DNA of 48,953 nucleotides from Octopus bimaculoides (taxonomy: Eukaryota): positions 9,139,334 through 9,188,286 of the forward strand of contig NC_068997.1 in NCBI RefSeq assembly GCF_001194135.2, given 5' to 3'. Of this stretch, positions 38,501 through 48,953 are shown piece by piece; position 1 is the first letter of the stretch; every line of letters starts with the position of its first letter. A program made the position numbers and the translations under genes. The notes under the pieces were generated by a model. That model did not search any database. It saw only the letters and a list, made by a program, of their open reading frames with translations, and was not told where the DNA came from.

Positions 38501-41500
38501 TAGTTTTAACATAAAACAGGTAGAATATTTGGACCAGACATGGCTGGCTTGAATGCTAAAGGCTTAAAGAAATGTTGAAAAACCTTTCTCTAAATTTTAA
38601 AAGTTACATTGATTTTCCACATGGTCTAAGGTGAAGGCTTCCAAAGTGGAAGTTCTCAAACCAACAGAACTCCCTCCGTGCAATCTCATAACCAATTAGA
38701 AACAGCAGCCAAATCTCTATTTGGAATGTCATCTCATGGGTATTCTGATAAGGAATTCTTCTTGATCATAGGTTTACTCAGTAAAAGACTGACCTTGGGC
38801 TAAACACGTTTTATATCTTAGCCAAATTATGAAGTTGTTTTTTTTTTTTGCAAGAACTGCCAACTGCTTCAATCAGTTTTTTTTTTTTTTGTTTATTTGT
38901 CTTAATTCTCTTATGCTTATTGTGTTTGTTTATATGTTTACTTTTCTTCTTTCCTGTACATAGTGCAAGGCAAGTACGAGGAGAAAATTAGCAAGATATT
39001 ACGCATCTATCAAAAGGTAACACTTTCTGAAATGCTACTATCAGTAGATTTTACAACGTTGAGTGAGTATTTATATTTACTCCGCATAGCAGCTCTGGCA
39101 CTAAAAACTCTCCACCTCAACGCTATGCTCTATCTTGCAGCAGCTGTGTCTGACTTCTATATTCCCAAAGATCAAATGGTATGGATGCTGTTTTATCTTA
39201 TCTTTTTATCTTCTCTTCAAATCTGATAATCTTGCTTGTTTAACTCTTTTGATACTAACCTGTCTATGACAATCACCTCACATGTTGCTCTACATATTTT
39301 GTCTGTGGGGAAAAAGAATTAGGTTCTTGTGACTGGAACACGTTTAATCACAGCTCTGATCAGTCAAGGCTGATCAGGGACTAATCAACAACAACACTCA
39401 ATAACACTTATAGCATCTGTTATCATCTATGTCAGTGGTTCTCAACTAGGGTCCACATGGCCCTTCAGGGTCCACATAAGATTTTGTTGCAATAAGATTT
39501 ATCTGCAATAAATTGTTTATAGTTCTGCTATACACAAAATATTTTATCAATTTTTAAAACATACAATTTATAATAATGTTTAATTATAAAAAATATAATT
39601 GGATTTTTTAAACATTGACTGACTCTGGGAGTCCATTTGAGATAAATGGGAACCAAAGGGGTCCATAGGTAAAAAAATGATTTAAGAACCACTGATTTAG
39701 ATCAATCAGGGGCAATCAAAGTGCAGCCTGTGGGACTTTGTGAATGACATGCCTAACAGTAAATTACCTTGAATTTTTTTTTTAATTGTATGGCTCACCT
39801 GATAATGAGCCATGTCTCACATGGCCCACTTCTCGAGAAAGGTTGCCCATGCATTATCTAAATCGATGTTGTTTAACCCCATTCAGTCTTGGTTGATAGA
39901 GATCTATGATAAAAAAAAAAAAATCCAACCATAACCATATCATTTTTTTCTTTATTTTTTCAGGCATTGTTTATTTAGGACTACATTATCCAACATGTTC
40001 TTTTGTTTTAAAGTTATTTGGCCATGATTTGAGGGAAATCATCTTGCTATTTCTAAGATGTTGATTGACCATTTAGAACCCCTCTCTCCCTTGAAATAGT
40101 TTCTATATTGCTGCCATGTTAACTGATATTTACTGTCTCCTTTTGTAGCCAGAACACAAAATCCAGTCCTCAAATGGCTCTCTACAATTATCTCTTCAAT
40201 TGGTTCCTAAATTATTGGAACCACTTGTCAAAGACTGGGCACCAGATGCTTTTATAATTTCTTTTAAGGTCAGTAACATTTCAGTATATTGCACATTTTC
40301 AATCAAAATACATATACTTGACTAGTACATCATCGTCATCTTCATCATCATCATCTAATGTCCATGTTCCATTCTGGCATGAACCTGGAACCTTGGGAAC
40401 CTTCTTAGCTATTCAACTATTACTGTGTCCAGTGCAAAGCTAATGTGAAATAAATTTCCCTTTGGATAAGATGATAATCTGTGTGCATGCAGATGATCCA
40501 TTTCCTAGAGCCAGAGAAGTGAGATGTGTCGAATTAAGATATACAACCTGACTTATACAGGTGGCAAACTGGCAGAGTTGTTAAATTGTAGAACAAAATG
40601 TCATGTAATATTTGAGTTCACTGCATTCTGAGTTCAAACCCTGACAAAGTCAACTTCTTAACCACAATGCACCTTCCTCCTTAAATGAAACATGTTCTTT
40701 TTTTTTTTTTTCCTTTTTTTTGTCTTTCCATGTTATGGATTTTAATTTAAAGCAAATTCATAACAAAAATGTCTTTTTGTTACTTTTAGTTAGAAACTAA
40801 CAGAAGTTTGCTGATATCGAAATCAAAAGCAGCTCTAGAAAAATATCAACACCAGGTAAGGAAACAAAATATTTTCCTATATTGTTAGGGAAATTTTCTG
40901 GAGATACTTTTTTTCAAAATTTGATACCTTAGACTATTCACCGTATTTTCTAGTATTTAATTCAATGTAGTATATAGTGCAAATATGTAGTGTAAACATT
41001 CAAGTATCATCATTACCTTTCCAAACTCTGCTGCATTTCACCTGGAATCTTTGGTCTTCCAAAGTCATCTTGAGTATATAAGTTTAACTACATTTTAAGC
41101 TGTAAATGTTGGCCCATAAAATTTGACTTGTATGCTAGAAAATATGGTAATGATAGCTCAAGTTTAAAAGACTGTTACCTGAAAAGTGAGACTGCTAACT
41201 CTCAATGTCAAGGCAAGTGTGGTCATGTATCTCTAAAAACTACAAACTCTACATATATACACTGTACAGGTTTGGCCAGAAGTCACCTGGCAGTAAATCA
41301 CAACCATTTAGTTCCAAGATTTATTTATGTTTAACAACTGAAGGAATTTAATAAAAGCACCTAAATATGAAACATCATGAAAATTGTTCAAACTGAAGTC
41401 CTTCTTGAGCGACACATTTTTCCATTCGAGTCAATACAGAATTACAAATATTATTTATGGAGTTTTGATTTACTTTTGGCCAACCTTGTATAAATAGAAA

Positions 41501-42240
41501 TTAGAGACTTAGAGGAGATGGAGGATGATATGTATAATTCATCATATGTACAGTGTAAGTTTTATATATAATTCTGGATAGATTTCAGCTGTAACTGCTT
41601 AAAGCAGGGTTGACAGCAGGATGCTGTGAACCTCTTTTAACTTCTGTGCTTCAATATGTTGTACTTTAAAATATATATCATGTATATGAAGAACACACCA
41701 TATTTACTCATGTGTAAGTTGCACTGTTTTTATTTGATTTTAACTGAAAAAAAACTGGGATTCAATCTATACACATTGCAAACCTAAAACTGAAAGGAAA
41801 AAAAAATTGTACCAAAATTTAACACTAAATTAGGAGTGCAACTTATACATGAGAAAATTTGGTTAATTGCTGAAACCTCTTCATTTGGTAATGTTTACTT
41901 TCTCTTCATTCTTTCCTTCCACTGTATTCTTCTTTCAATCTGTTCTTTTCCATTGTATCTTTCTACTCTGTTCCTCTCTATATATTCCATATTTCTTTTT
42001 CTCTAATCTTTCTTCCTCTCTCTATTCTTTCAATAAATATCGTTTTCATTTTCTATAATTTTCCAGTTAGTCATTGCCAACCTTCTTGAGACAAGGAAAG
42101 AAGAGGTGATTCTAGTTACCAAAGACTCCTCAAAACCAATCATGCTGTCTGCCGAATGTCTTTCACAAGGAATTGAAATAGAAGAGCTCATTATCAAAGA
42201 GTTGATAGCCAGACACAATGAAATGTTAAACAATAAATAA
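26101..42240 (+). CDS. PPCS: Phosphopantothenate--cysteine ligase (CoA biosynthesis step 2), 7 coding exons, 310 aa
   Basis: Exons 26101-26229, 36785-36873, 38135-38274, 38964-39178, 40149-40268, 40790-40855 and 42067-42240 splice in frame (933 nt). Motifs: [62 protein letters not shown]. Confidence 0.96.
26415..27147. other. Assembly gap (N) between (AT)n tracts
   Basis: N run. Confidence 1.
28337..28693 (-). mobile_element. SINE family A, near full length
   Basis: Reverse complement of head, core and tail. Confidence 0.8.
29955..30166 (-). mobile_element. Family B young subfamily copy
   Basis: Near-identical to 23420-23565; (GAC)n tail variant. Confidence 0.8.
30868..31062 (-). mobile_element. 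SINE family A, 5' half
   Basis: Reverse complement of head and core. Confidence 0.75.
31601..31968 (+). mobile_element. Helentron-associated non-autonomous element (HINE/DINE-like)
   Basis: 5' subterminal ACCTCCGCC (31623-31631), 3' complement GGCGGAGGT within the hairpin ACCTCCACCTT-cgct-AAGGCGGAGGT (31940-31965), internal (AAAC)n, inserted in (TAA)n. Confidence 0.55.
31982..32626 (-). mobile_element. Three tandem, mutually diverged family-C SINEs
   Basis: Units at about 31982-32180, 32212-32418 and 32430-32626, separated by (TAA)n-like spacers. Confidence 0.8.
33043..33420 (+). mobile_element. SINE with family-A head and family-B-like tail
   Basis: A head and core followed by CATGGGGAATATTACC..AGGAAGGGCATC. 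Confidence 0.6.
33775..34125 (-). mobile_element. Dispersed repeat family I (non-coding, RTE-end-like)
   Basis: Homologous to 5845-6150(+) and 14085-14262(+); ends GCTCCA..GAGTGAAGGGCT. Confidence 0.55.
34135..34430 (+). mobile_element. SINE family A, internally deleted
   Basis: Head, core and tail segments. Confidence 0.7.
35326..35753 (+). mobile_element. SINE family A, full length
   Basis: Close match to 16690-17067. Confidence 0.85.
35919..36195 (+). mobile_element. SINE family A, young copy cut by an assembly gap
   Basis: CpG-retaining head AGGCGCGGGAGTGGCTGTGTGG. Confidence 0.85.
36196..36587. other. Assembly gap (N)
   Basis: N run. Confidence 1.
36785..36873 (+). CDS. PPCS: PPCS exon 2 [29 protein letters not shown](E)
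   Basis: ttttag| acceptor, |gtatcctt donor, 89 nt. Confidence 0.95.
36874..38134 (+). other. PPCS: Probable U12-type (minor spliceosome) GT-AG intron, PPCS intron 2
   Basis: 5' site GTATCCTTA matches the U12 consensus RTATCCTT. Degenerate branch TTCATTTAAT at 38115-38124, close to the AG. No polypyrimidine tract next to the AG. Phase 2. Confidence 0.75.
37094..37241 (+). mobile_element. Family H 148-bp hammerhead-bearing insertion with 15-bp TSD
   Basis: TAATTCTACCATATA direct repeats at 37079-37093 and 37242-37256. Hammerhead motif GACAC CTGATGA A GGCTG-loop-CAGCC GAAAC AT T GTGTT at 37150-37195. Confidence 0.8.
38135..38274 (+). CDS. PPCS: PPCS exon 3 (E)[14 protein letters not shown]...QSLA
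   Basis: aatag| acceptor, |gtaagt donor, 140 nt. Confidence 0.93.
38342..38563. mobile_element. piggyBac-type MITE
   Basis: TIRs CCCTTTAGCATTCA / TGAATGCTAAAGGC, flanked by TTCA and TTAA. A partial copy ends at about 21346 (gaatgctaaagggttaa). Confidence 0.7.
38964..39178 (+). CDS. PPCS: PPCS exon 4 ...[12 protein letters not shown]...[17 protein letters not shown]
   Basis: catag| acceptor, |gtatgg donor, 215 nt. Confidence 0.95.
39433..39694. mobile_element. hAT (Charlie-like) MITE
   Basis: TIRs CAGTGGTTCTCAAC / TTTAAGAACCACTG; degenerate 8-bp flanks atctatgt / atttagat. Confidence 0.7.
40149..40268 (+). CDS. PPCS: PPCS exon 5 [10 protein letters not shown]...DAFIISFK
   Basis: ttgtag| acceptor, |gtcagt donor, 120 nt. 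Confidence 0.95.
40790..40855 (+). CDS. PPCS: PPCS exon 6 [22 protein letters not shown]
   Basis: ttttag| acceptor, |gtaagg donor, 66 nt. Confidence 0.95.
41265..41492. mobile_element. Tc1/mariner-type MITE
   Basis: Left end TACAGGTTTGGCCAGAAGT versus right end (reverse complement) TACAAGGTTGGCCAAAAGT; TA termini. Confidence 0.45.
42067..42240 (+). CDS. PPCS: PPCS last exon [11 protein letters not shown]...EMLNNK*
   Basis: ttccag| acceptor, 57 codons + TAA at 42238-42240. Confidence 0.95.
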   Translation, partial: LVIANLLETRKEEVILVTKDSSKPIMLSAECLSQGIEIEELIIKELIARHNEMLNNK

Positions 42241-42964
42241 TCCTTTATAGGGATGAGGGGGCAGGATTGGTTCGTCTGCAATCAGTTCTTCAACATTCTG
42301 CTACGTCTCATTAGTTTGAAGAATGAAGTTTTATAGAAACTGTGATTTTGTAATTCTGCTGTAAATTTTATTTTTCAAGTAGAATCTTATTACCATGCAT
42401 ATGTATAATTTTTGCACGCTAGATCTGAACGACTGACTTGTGGAAGTGACTGAGATTACTGTATAAGGAAGCTAAATGTAGTGTTAGTGTTGGCAGTGAT
42501 GCCAGTAAGGAATTTGGTGTATCAGAGCATAAGGATTTACCAAGGGCTAGACTTTGTTGTCCGGTTTTCTTTGGTATTATTTTCTTTGTGTGTGTGTGTA
42601 TGTATGTTGATAAGGGATTACAGGAATTGATGGTTGCATATAAAAACGTTGCACAGAAACAGACTGTTCAACACCTTGTTGAAATACAAGAAAAATTTGG
42701 GAAAAGTTGGCTGGGGTCTACAGTTTTAAAGGTGGACATAGGCATAGATTAGAGTATTAGTTTGTAGTCTGATGTTCTCAAAACTTCATTAACAACAGAG
42801 TCTTAACTGTGTGTAGAAGAAGAAAGTGAGCACTTGTAGTCTGTAATAATAAGTGATGACAATGATGGCTCTCCTGTACCTGGAGGTCTTCTGACTAGTG
42901 TCTCCAATCAAGGACTCACATAGACCCAGGTTCATTGATCAGCAAAGAAATAATAATAATAATA

Positions 42965-43205
42965 TTCAGGGACCTTTTCTGCAGAATGAGCTGCTCGACC
43001 TGAAGGAAATTCTAACTGGGCTCCACCTTCAAGGTCATGCGCTGTTCATCTTGATATGAAATCATCATGTCATGCACATATGGTTGTGATGCATGTGCCT
43101 GGTGTACCCTTATCAAATGGGTAGTCATGATGGGCATACTGGGCTTCGTATATTTGTACCCCAGTGTCACTTTGATGGCATGCATTGCTCTCACATTCAA
43201 TAATA
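42965..43205 (+). mobile_element. Dispersed repeat family G, 3' part with (AAT)n tail
   Basis: Homologous to about 22450-22670. Confidence 0.65.
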
Positions 43206-45609
43206 ATTCTTTCTGATTTTGGCTCAAAGCCAGTAATTTTCCAAGGAGCGGAAAGTTGCTCACATCAACCTTAGTGCTCAACTGGTATTTTATTTATTGG
43301 CTTCAGAAGAATAAAAGCTAAAGGCAACCAGAATGTAAAGTGCCAGAAGAAATATCACTGAGCATTTTTGTCTTTGAACTGTAACATTTCTGGCAGCACA
43401 CCAATATAATAGTAATACCCTGTCAAAAGATACAACAATTTGACACGGAAGAGAAATGTATTGCAAAAACCAAAATGGAGGGTAAGATAGCTGTAAGTCA
43501 TGTAAATCATTCTTGTGTAGTCATTACAAACAGATAATGCTTAATAGATCCAGTGAGATCTGTGACATTGATAACAAACTAGAGTTGATGGTGGGACAAA
43601 TGTATTGGCATAGCTGTTTTGGCAAGCAGCTTTGTCTGTGAACTGATTGCATGCTGATTGAAATTAGTAGCTGTGTAGTATAATTAGTACTCGAGATGAG
43701 ACTAACAGTAGTTTGTGTTGGTTGAAGTCTGAAGGTGATGGAATCTCTCTTGGGAAGTACTACCAATGGTCTCTCTCTCTCTCTCTCTCTCTCTCAAGGC
43801 AGGTTTTTTTTTTGTTTTTTTTTTTCACCCAGTGTAGTAAATATGATGATGTATGGTAGTGAGTTGTTATACTCGGTGAATGTAGAGGATAAGAATGCAT
43901 ATGAATTGAGTACGGTCTGCTGACTTAACATGAGTGTAGCTGAGTTGAGAAAACAACCAAGCAGAAAATTCTTGGGCTGGATAATTTTTAGAAGGCATAT
44001 CATTAATGTCATTAATTTTCAAGCAAAGCACTTGTAATTTTTTTTTTTTTCCCTATTGGTGGTAAAGTTAGTCATTACATGCATCACCAGTCACAGTAGT
44101 ACAGCTTTGAACTTGAAATGTCGATTGGACCAGATCTCCAGATATGTTAAACCTAATACTGAGATGTGTTGAGTTAGTGTCTGCAACCTGACTTATTACA
44201 GTGGCAGAGTTGTTAAAGTATTGAACAAAATGTCATGCAGTTTTTGTACACCGCATTCTAAGTTCAAACCTTGTCGAAGTTAATTTTACCATTCGTCTTT
44301 TTAGGGTCACAAAAATAAAGCGTCACCTCGGGACAGTGAATTGGATAAAATCCTTTGTTTGATCTGGTTCTGTGTTTTGAGATCTTTAATTGTTAAACAT
44401 GGCCAAGTCTATTGTGGATGATTTCATGAACAAAATCACAACTACTTTGTTATGTCGTCCATCAGTCATCTGTCTGTTCGATAGAACTATAACATGGGCT
44501 CATTCAGTATTGTCATTAGTGGTGTCCAATTCTTTGATGTGTGATGCTTGTATGATCAGTTTTGAATTTTTCTATTTATTTGGAGACAGTCCATAGCAGC
44601 AAAATACAATTTTCAAACTGTGCTCAAACCTGTTGATGGATTTCAATCTCTGATACACAGAAACACAGATCACTGAACACTGCTCTTCTATAGGGCAAAC
44701 AGAAACCAGGGCAGTGTCTATCTGTTAACAACTTTATTGATGTAAATAATGCAATATTATTGTAAACATGTAAATTAACCATGGTTCTCCTTTTGAAAGC
44801 ATCAACAGGCTTCATTATTATTAAAGCAATAACAACTTGATGTTTCAAATTCAAAGCTGTGCTATAGTGACTGGAGGGTGTGTAGTGCAGATAATTAATG
44901 ATTGCCCTTGTACAACTTTAAGACAAAATGGTAAGACTTGTAAAGAAAGTCTACAATGCAACACCATCCCAATCTGTTAAGAAACAAATGATGGTGGTGG
45001 TGGTGGTGGTGGTTGTGGTTCACTTTTTCTACTTTTAAAAAAAAAAAATGTAATTTGTTGCAAAGTTTGATTCTTAAAAGACAAAATTCAAGAGACCAAT
45101 TCTTTTATAAGTTTTTTTTTTTCCTTATGTTTAATGAGGTTAGCTATTTTTGCAAATTTAGATTCTTCAGATGAATTGTTGGAATGTTCTTGTACAGATT
45201 TTTGTAATACTAATGCCTCGATCAGAAAACGGAAACAGAAGCTGTTTTTGTAGCCAGTTTGATTCATTAATGTATTTAATTAGAAATACTTATACTGTGA
45301 GGAAAAGATAACACTAGTTCAACAACTTAATCGGTTCTGGTAGGAAACATGGGAGACAACTCTAGGTATGTTTCAGTATTATGAGATCTCAATAGGTTTC
45401 ACTTTATTTGTTGAAATATTAGTCAGAAAATTACTAAATAGATTAATAATGTTACAAAGAAAAATACCCTATTTAAATACATATATGTCATGGGTTGATA
45501 ACCCAGAGATGCCATCCACTTGAAAAGCAATTGTTAGTGTTTCACTCTATATTTAACATATGTTTGTCTCCAGCCTACAGGCTCATTATGGCAGAACTCT
45601 TCTCACTTT

Positions 45610-46005
45610 ACATTATTCACATTTGACAGATATTTGTCCTCATCTTGTTTGTTGTTAACACAACGTTTTGGCTGATATACCCTCCAGCCTTCATCAGGTG
45701 GTCTTGGGGAAATTTTGAACCTGGGTTCTCATTCCTAAGGTATTTTTCAATATTATTATTATTATTATTGTTATTATTATTATTCAGGTGACTACCTGGA
45801 ATCAAACCTGGATCTGAATAATAATAATAATAACAACATTGAAAAATACCTTAGGAATGAGAACCCAGGTTCGAAATTTCCCCAAGACACCTGTTGAAGG
45901 CTGGAGGGTATATCAGCCGAAATGTTAACAACAAACAAGATGAGGACAAATATCCGTCAAATGTAAATAATGTACATAATTTCTCGTCTCTTAAATATAG
46001 AACTG
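45610..46005. mobile_element. Family H inverted dimer (two hammerhead-bearing units, head-to-head) with 12-bp TSD
   Basis: TCTTCTCACTTT at 45598-45609 and 46006-46017. Minus unit hammerhead at 45657-45703, plus unit hammerhead at 45886-45926. B-box-like GGTTTGATTCC (minus) at 45798-45808. Confidence 0.78.
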
Positions 46006-46696
46006 TCTTCTCACTTTGTGGCATATAAGTGACAGCACAAAACTCTCCTCAAACAGGGTGCTGGTTCATTACAAGGTTAACTCCCAGCTACTGCTGGTAC
46101 TCACTTCAGCTAAGTAGACTGGAGCAGTGTGAAATGAAATGCCTTGCTCAAGGACACAATGCATTGCCTCGTCTGGGAAATGAACTCATGACAATATGGT
46201 TCATGAACTTGACACTAATGGGCCATGCACTCATATAATGAGCGCCAAAAGTTCTAATTGGAAATATTAATGAAGACTGCATTATTTTAATAATTTCTTC
46301 AGTGACCCAGAGACCTCACCCTGTTGTACTGAAATAGTGATGGGAGAATTACTAAATACTTACTGAAATAATATTAGTCATTATGCTAATGTTGTCTTTT
46401 CCTCACTGCTGAAGTATGTTTAAGTAGGTTTTTAATATTAATTACATGAATATATTAACACTAACTTAATTATTGTTTTTACTGCATTTCTGGATAATTA
46501 AATAATTAATCGAAACAATTTGGTTTTTTTTTAATAATGAAACTAATCAGTTTTACAGTATCCTGTTTCTCCTACTGGTGGAATGTACCTCATCCTTGTA
46601 CCTATTAACAGCAAGGTTGACTGAGCTAATTGAAATGTTAAGTACTTTGCTGTAGATGATATAATATTAGGATAAGATACTGTCAAATTTTCAGTG

Positions 46697-46706
46697 NNNN
46701 NNNNNN
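46697..46706. other. Assembly gap (10 N)
   Basis: N run. Confidence 1.
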
Positions 46707-48089
46707 GACTTGGCCTTCTGTCTCTCTAACAAAAGAATATTCAAGGACAAAATCTAAAAGATCAACAACAACAACAATAATCATCTTAATCCAGACTTCA
46801 ATACATTCCATCATTTATTTTTTAATTAATTTTTCTATTTCTGAAATATTTCACCATTACTCTGACCATTTTGAAAATTACTTTACATTTGTAACAGTTT
46901 GTATTTTGATTCCTTTATAGATTTAGTTATTTACTTAAATCGTTTCAAAGTTGCTTAAAATTTTTTTCCAACTGGGTATCTTTAAATAAATTTTTTTTTT
47001 CAATCACTCTCTCACTCAACCACAAAGTTGTGATTTGTAGTACACCAATTTCATTGTTTTGTATTTATTGTTAAAAGAATTGATTGTCTTGCATATGATG
47101 TAACCCACTTTGTAATTGAAACCCTACAGACATTTTTGCTTTCAAAGAGAGTTACCATGTAGGTGCAGGCCAAGGTGAAATTCTTTTGAGAAAGACTGGC
47201 AACTGCCCTAGTATGAATGTCTCTTATTCCCACAAAACAAATATTTATCCATGAGAAAGACCACTGACTTGGTGCCTGTACAGCTTAGCACCAGGGGCAT
47301 TGCAGGCATTGCTATCCGAATGCAAGGAAGCAGAAGAGATCCTGCGATACATCTTGCCTTTGGTTACAAGTGATGGCTGAGTCTGATCGTATTAGATTTC
47401 GACTCCCCATCATGTACTCCAACACTGTAACCATTTCCCCTTTAAAGTTGTCATTTTGTAAAAAAAAAATTATGTGTCTTGTTTATCATTTGTTGCCAAT
47501 TTTGATATTTTCCAAGGGTGGGAAACAGCAGGGTAGAAGTTTTAGTTCCTTTATAGAATATTGTTTCCATATGTTTATGTTCCATGTTCAAACTGAATTG
47601 AAGTTAAATTTGTCTCTCAGCCATCCTTCTCCCATTCCTTCTCCGGAATCAATAGAATAAGTATTAGTAACACACGTATGCTGGGGGTCAGTTAGACCAA
47701 ATTATTCTTGTTAATTGGTTTTTTTGTACCTTACTGAGGATCCAATTATCACCGTTTTCATCATGAACGTATGTATGTGTGAGTGTATATCTAGCTTGAG
47801 TTTATTCTTTTATATATTAACAAATATATAAATAAACAAAACTATCTTATTGAATTTATCAATTGTAAACTATGCTGAGAATTTTTATTAAATTTATAAA
47901 AATAAAAATCAATTTTATTTCAGTTATTCTGTAGTTTGTGTTGTTTTTTCTTTTTTTTTTTTTTCAGGACAGTTATTTTGTTATTGGTCATTGGTCATCT
48001 GTAGCAATGGATTAGTAGTAGTAGTGGTGGTTGTGGTAGTAGTATAGGGGAAATGCTCTGTAACAGCACATCGCTGCATCCACCATTTG

Positions 48090-48418
48090 TTGGTAATTCC
48101 CTACAAACCCTGGCGGATGACACCTTTGTACCACTCAGGCAAGAACCCTCCAACCCATGACTGTTTGGATTTGTTGTTTGCTGATGAGGGTTTTTTTAAG
48201 GTTAGAGTGCAAATCCTACCTCAACCTCTTTTAGTCACCTTTACAACACGCAGAGGAAACGGTGGATCTATTCTTTGACATAACCAATCCCCCACACAGC
48301 TCTAGAGCTATGCAAAATGAAGTGTTTTGCTCAAGAACACAACATGCTGCTCACCTTGAGAACTGAACCCTTGATCTGGCTGTCATGAGTGCAACATCTT
48401 AACCATTAGGCAACATGC
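48090..48418 (-). mobile_element. tRNA-derived SINE (J-type head)
   Basis: Reverse complement of head ending cttaaccattaggcaacatgc. Confidence 0.6.
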
Positions 48419-48761
48419 TTTTCAACTCTTTCAACTGATTGAAGATTAAAAAGGAAAAATAGGAAGGATATAACAGTTCGCTGCTGAATGTATCCTCTTC
48501 ATGTCTGACTGCTTATGTTCATACCATTGACTTGTTAATGCTGCTATATTAACTTTGATGTTGACTGGGCTCTTTGTCAATCCTAATCCCTTCCACAGGG
48601 ACCTTTTGTCTAACCACTGCTTCACATCCTTTCTCCTTCGATCTTCTGTCTTTCATTCATTCACTCTAACCATCACTCTCACTCCACCCTTCTCTAAGTA
48701 ATTGATTATTCATTAGTTTCAGTGTGTGATTGCTGGTATTGGATCTATACATCTGTTGTGT

Positions 48762-48912
48762 GCTGGTGTGGTAAGAATGTTTGCTTCTGAACCACATGGT
48801 TCTGGGTTCAGTTCCACTGCATGGCACCTTGGGCAAGTGTCTTCTACTATAACCTCAGGCTGACCAAAGCTTTGTGAGTGGATTTGGAAGATGGAAACTG
48901 AAAGAAGCCTGT

Positions 48913-48953
<41 letters not shown>
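48762..48953 (+). mobile_element. SINE family A, 5' half at window end
   Basis: Head, core and (AT)n. Confidence 0.8.

Noticed and set aside
42440-42800. Very old RTE-like RT remnant (and a similar one at about 48480-48700, minus)
   Set aside because: Only faint resemblance to GxHQGS/YADD or RLRW regions; too weak to call without an HMM

Overview
AT-rich, microsatellite- and SINE-dense metazoan genomic DNA. The repeat families look like those of Octopus (coleoid cephalopod); this is recognition from memory, not a database result. The supplied ORF track is mostly noise. Manual splicing gives two multi-exon housekeeping genes arranged head-to-head: HIBCH (3-hydroxyisobutyryl-CoA hydrolase, minus strand, 10 firm coding exons 7033-21548 plus unresolved small 5' exons) and PPCS (phosphopantothenate-cysteine ligase, plus strand, 7 coding exons 26101-42240, 310 aa). 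Only 81 bp separate the probable HIBCH exon-1 donor from the PPCS ATG. PPCS intron 2 has a U12-type (minor spliceosome) donor. The rest is decayed mobile DNA: a mariner transposase, an RTE-clade LINE with a PHD-like insert, several tRNA-derived SINE families, piggyBac/hAT/mariner MITEs and a Helentron-like element. The most interesting signal is six minimal type-I hammerhead-ribozyme motifs in three unrelated short non-coding repeat families (Penelope/retrozyme-like). One family has a compensatory G3-C8 core with one apparently intact copy (859-909, minus), and two insertions of another family retain 12-15 bp target-site duplications. A 0.9-kb cluster of near-perfect fold-back repeats lies in the HIBCH 5' intron. 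There are three assembly gaps.
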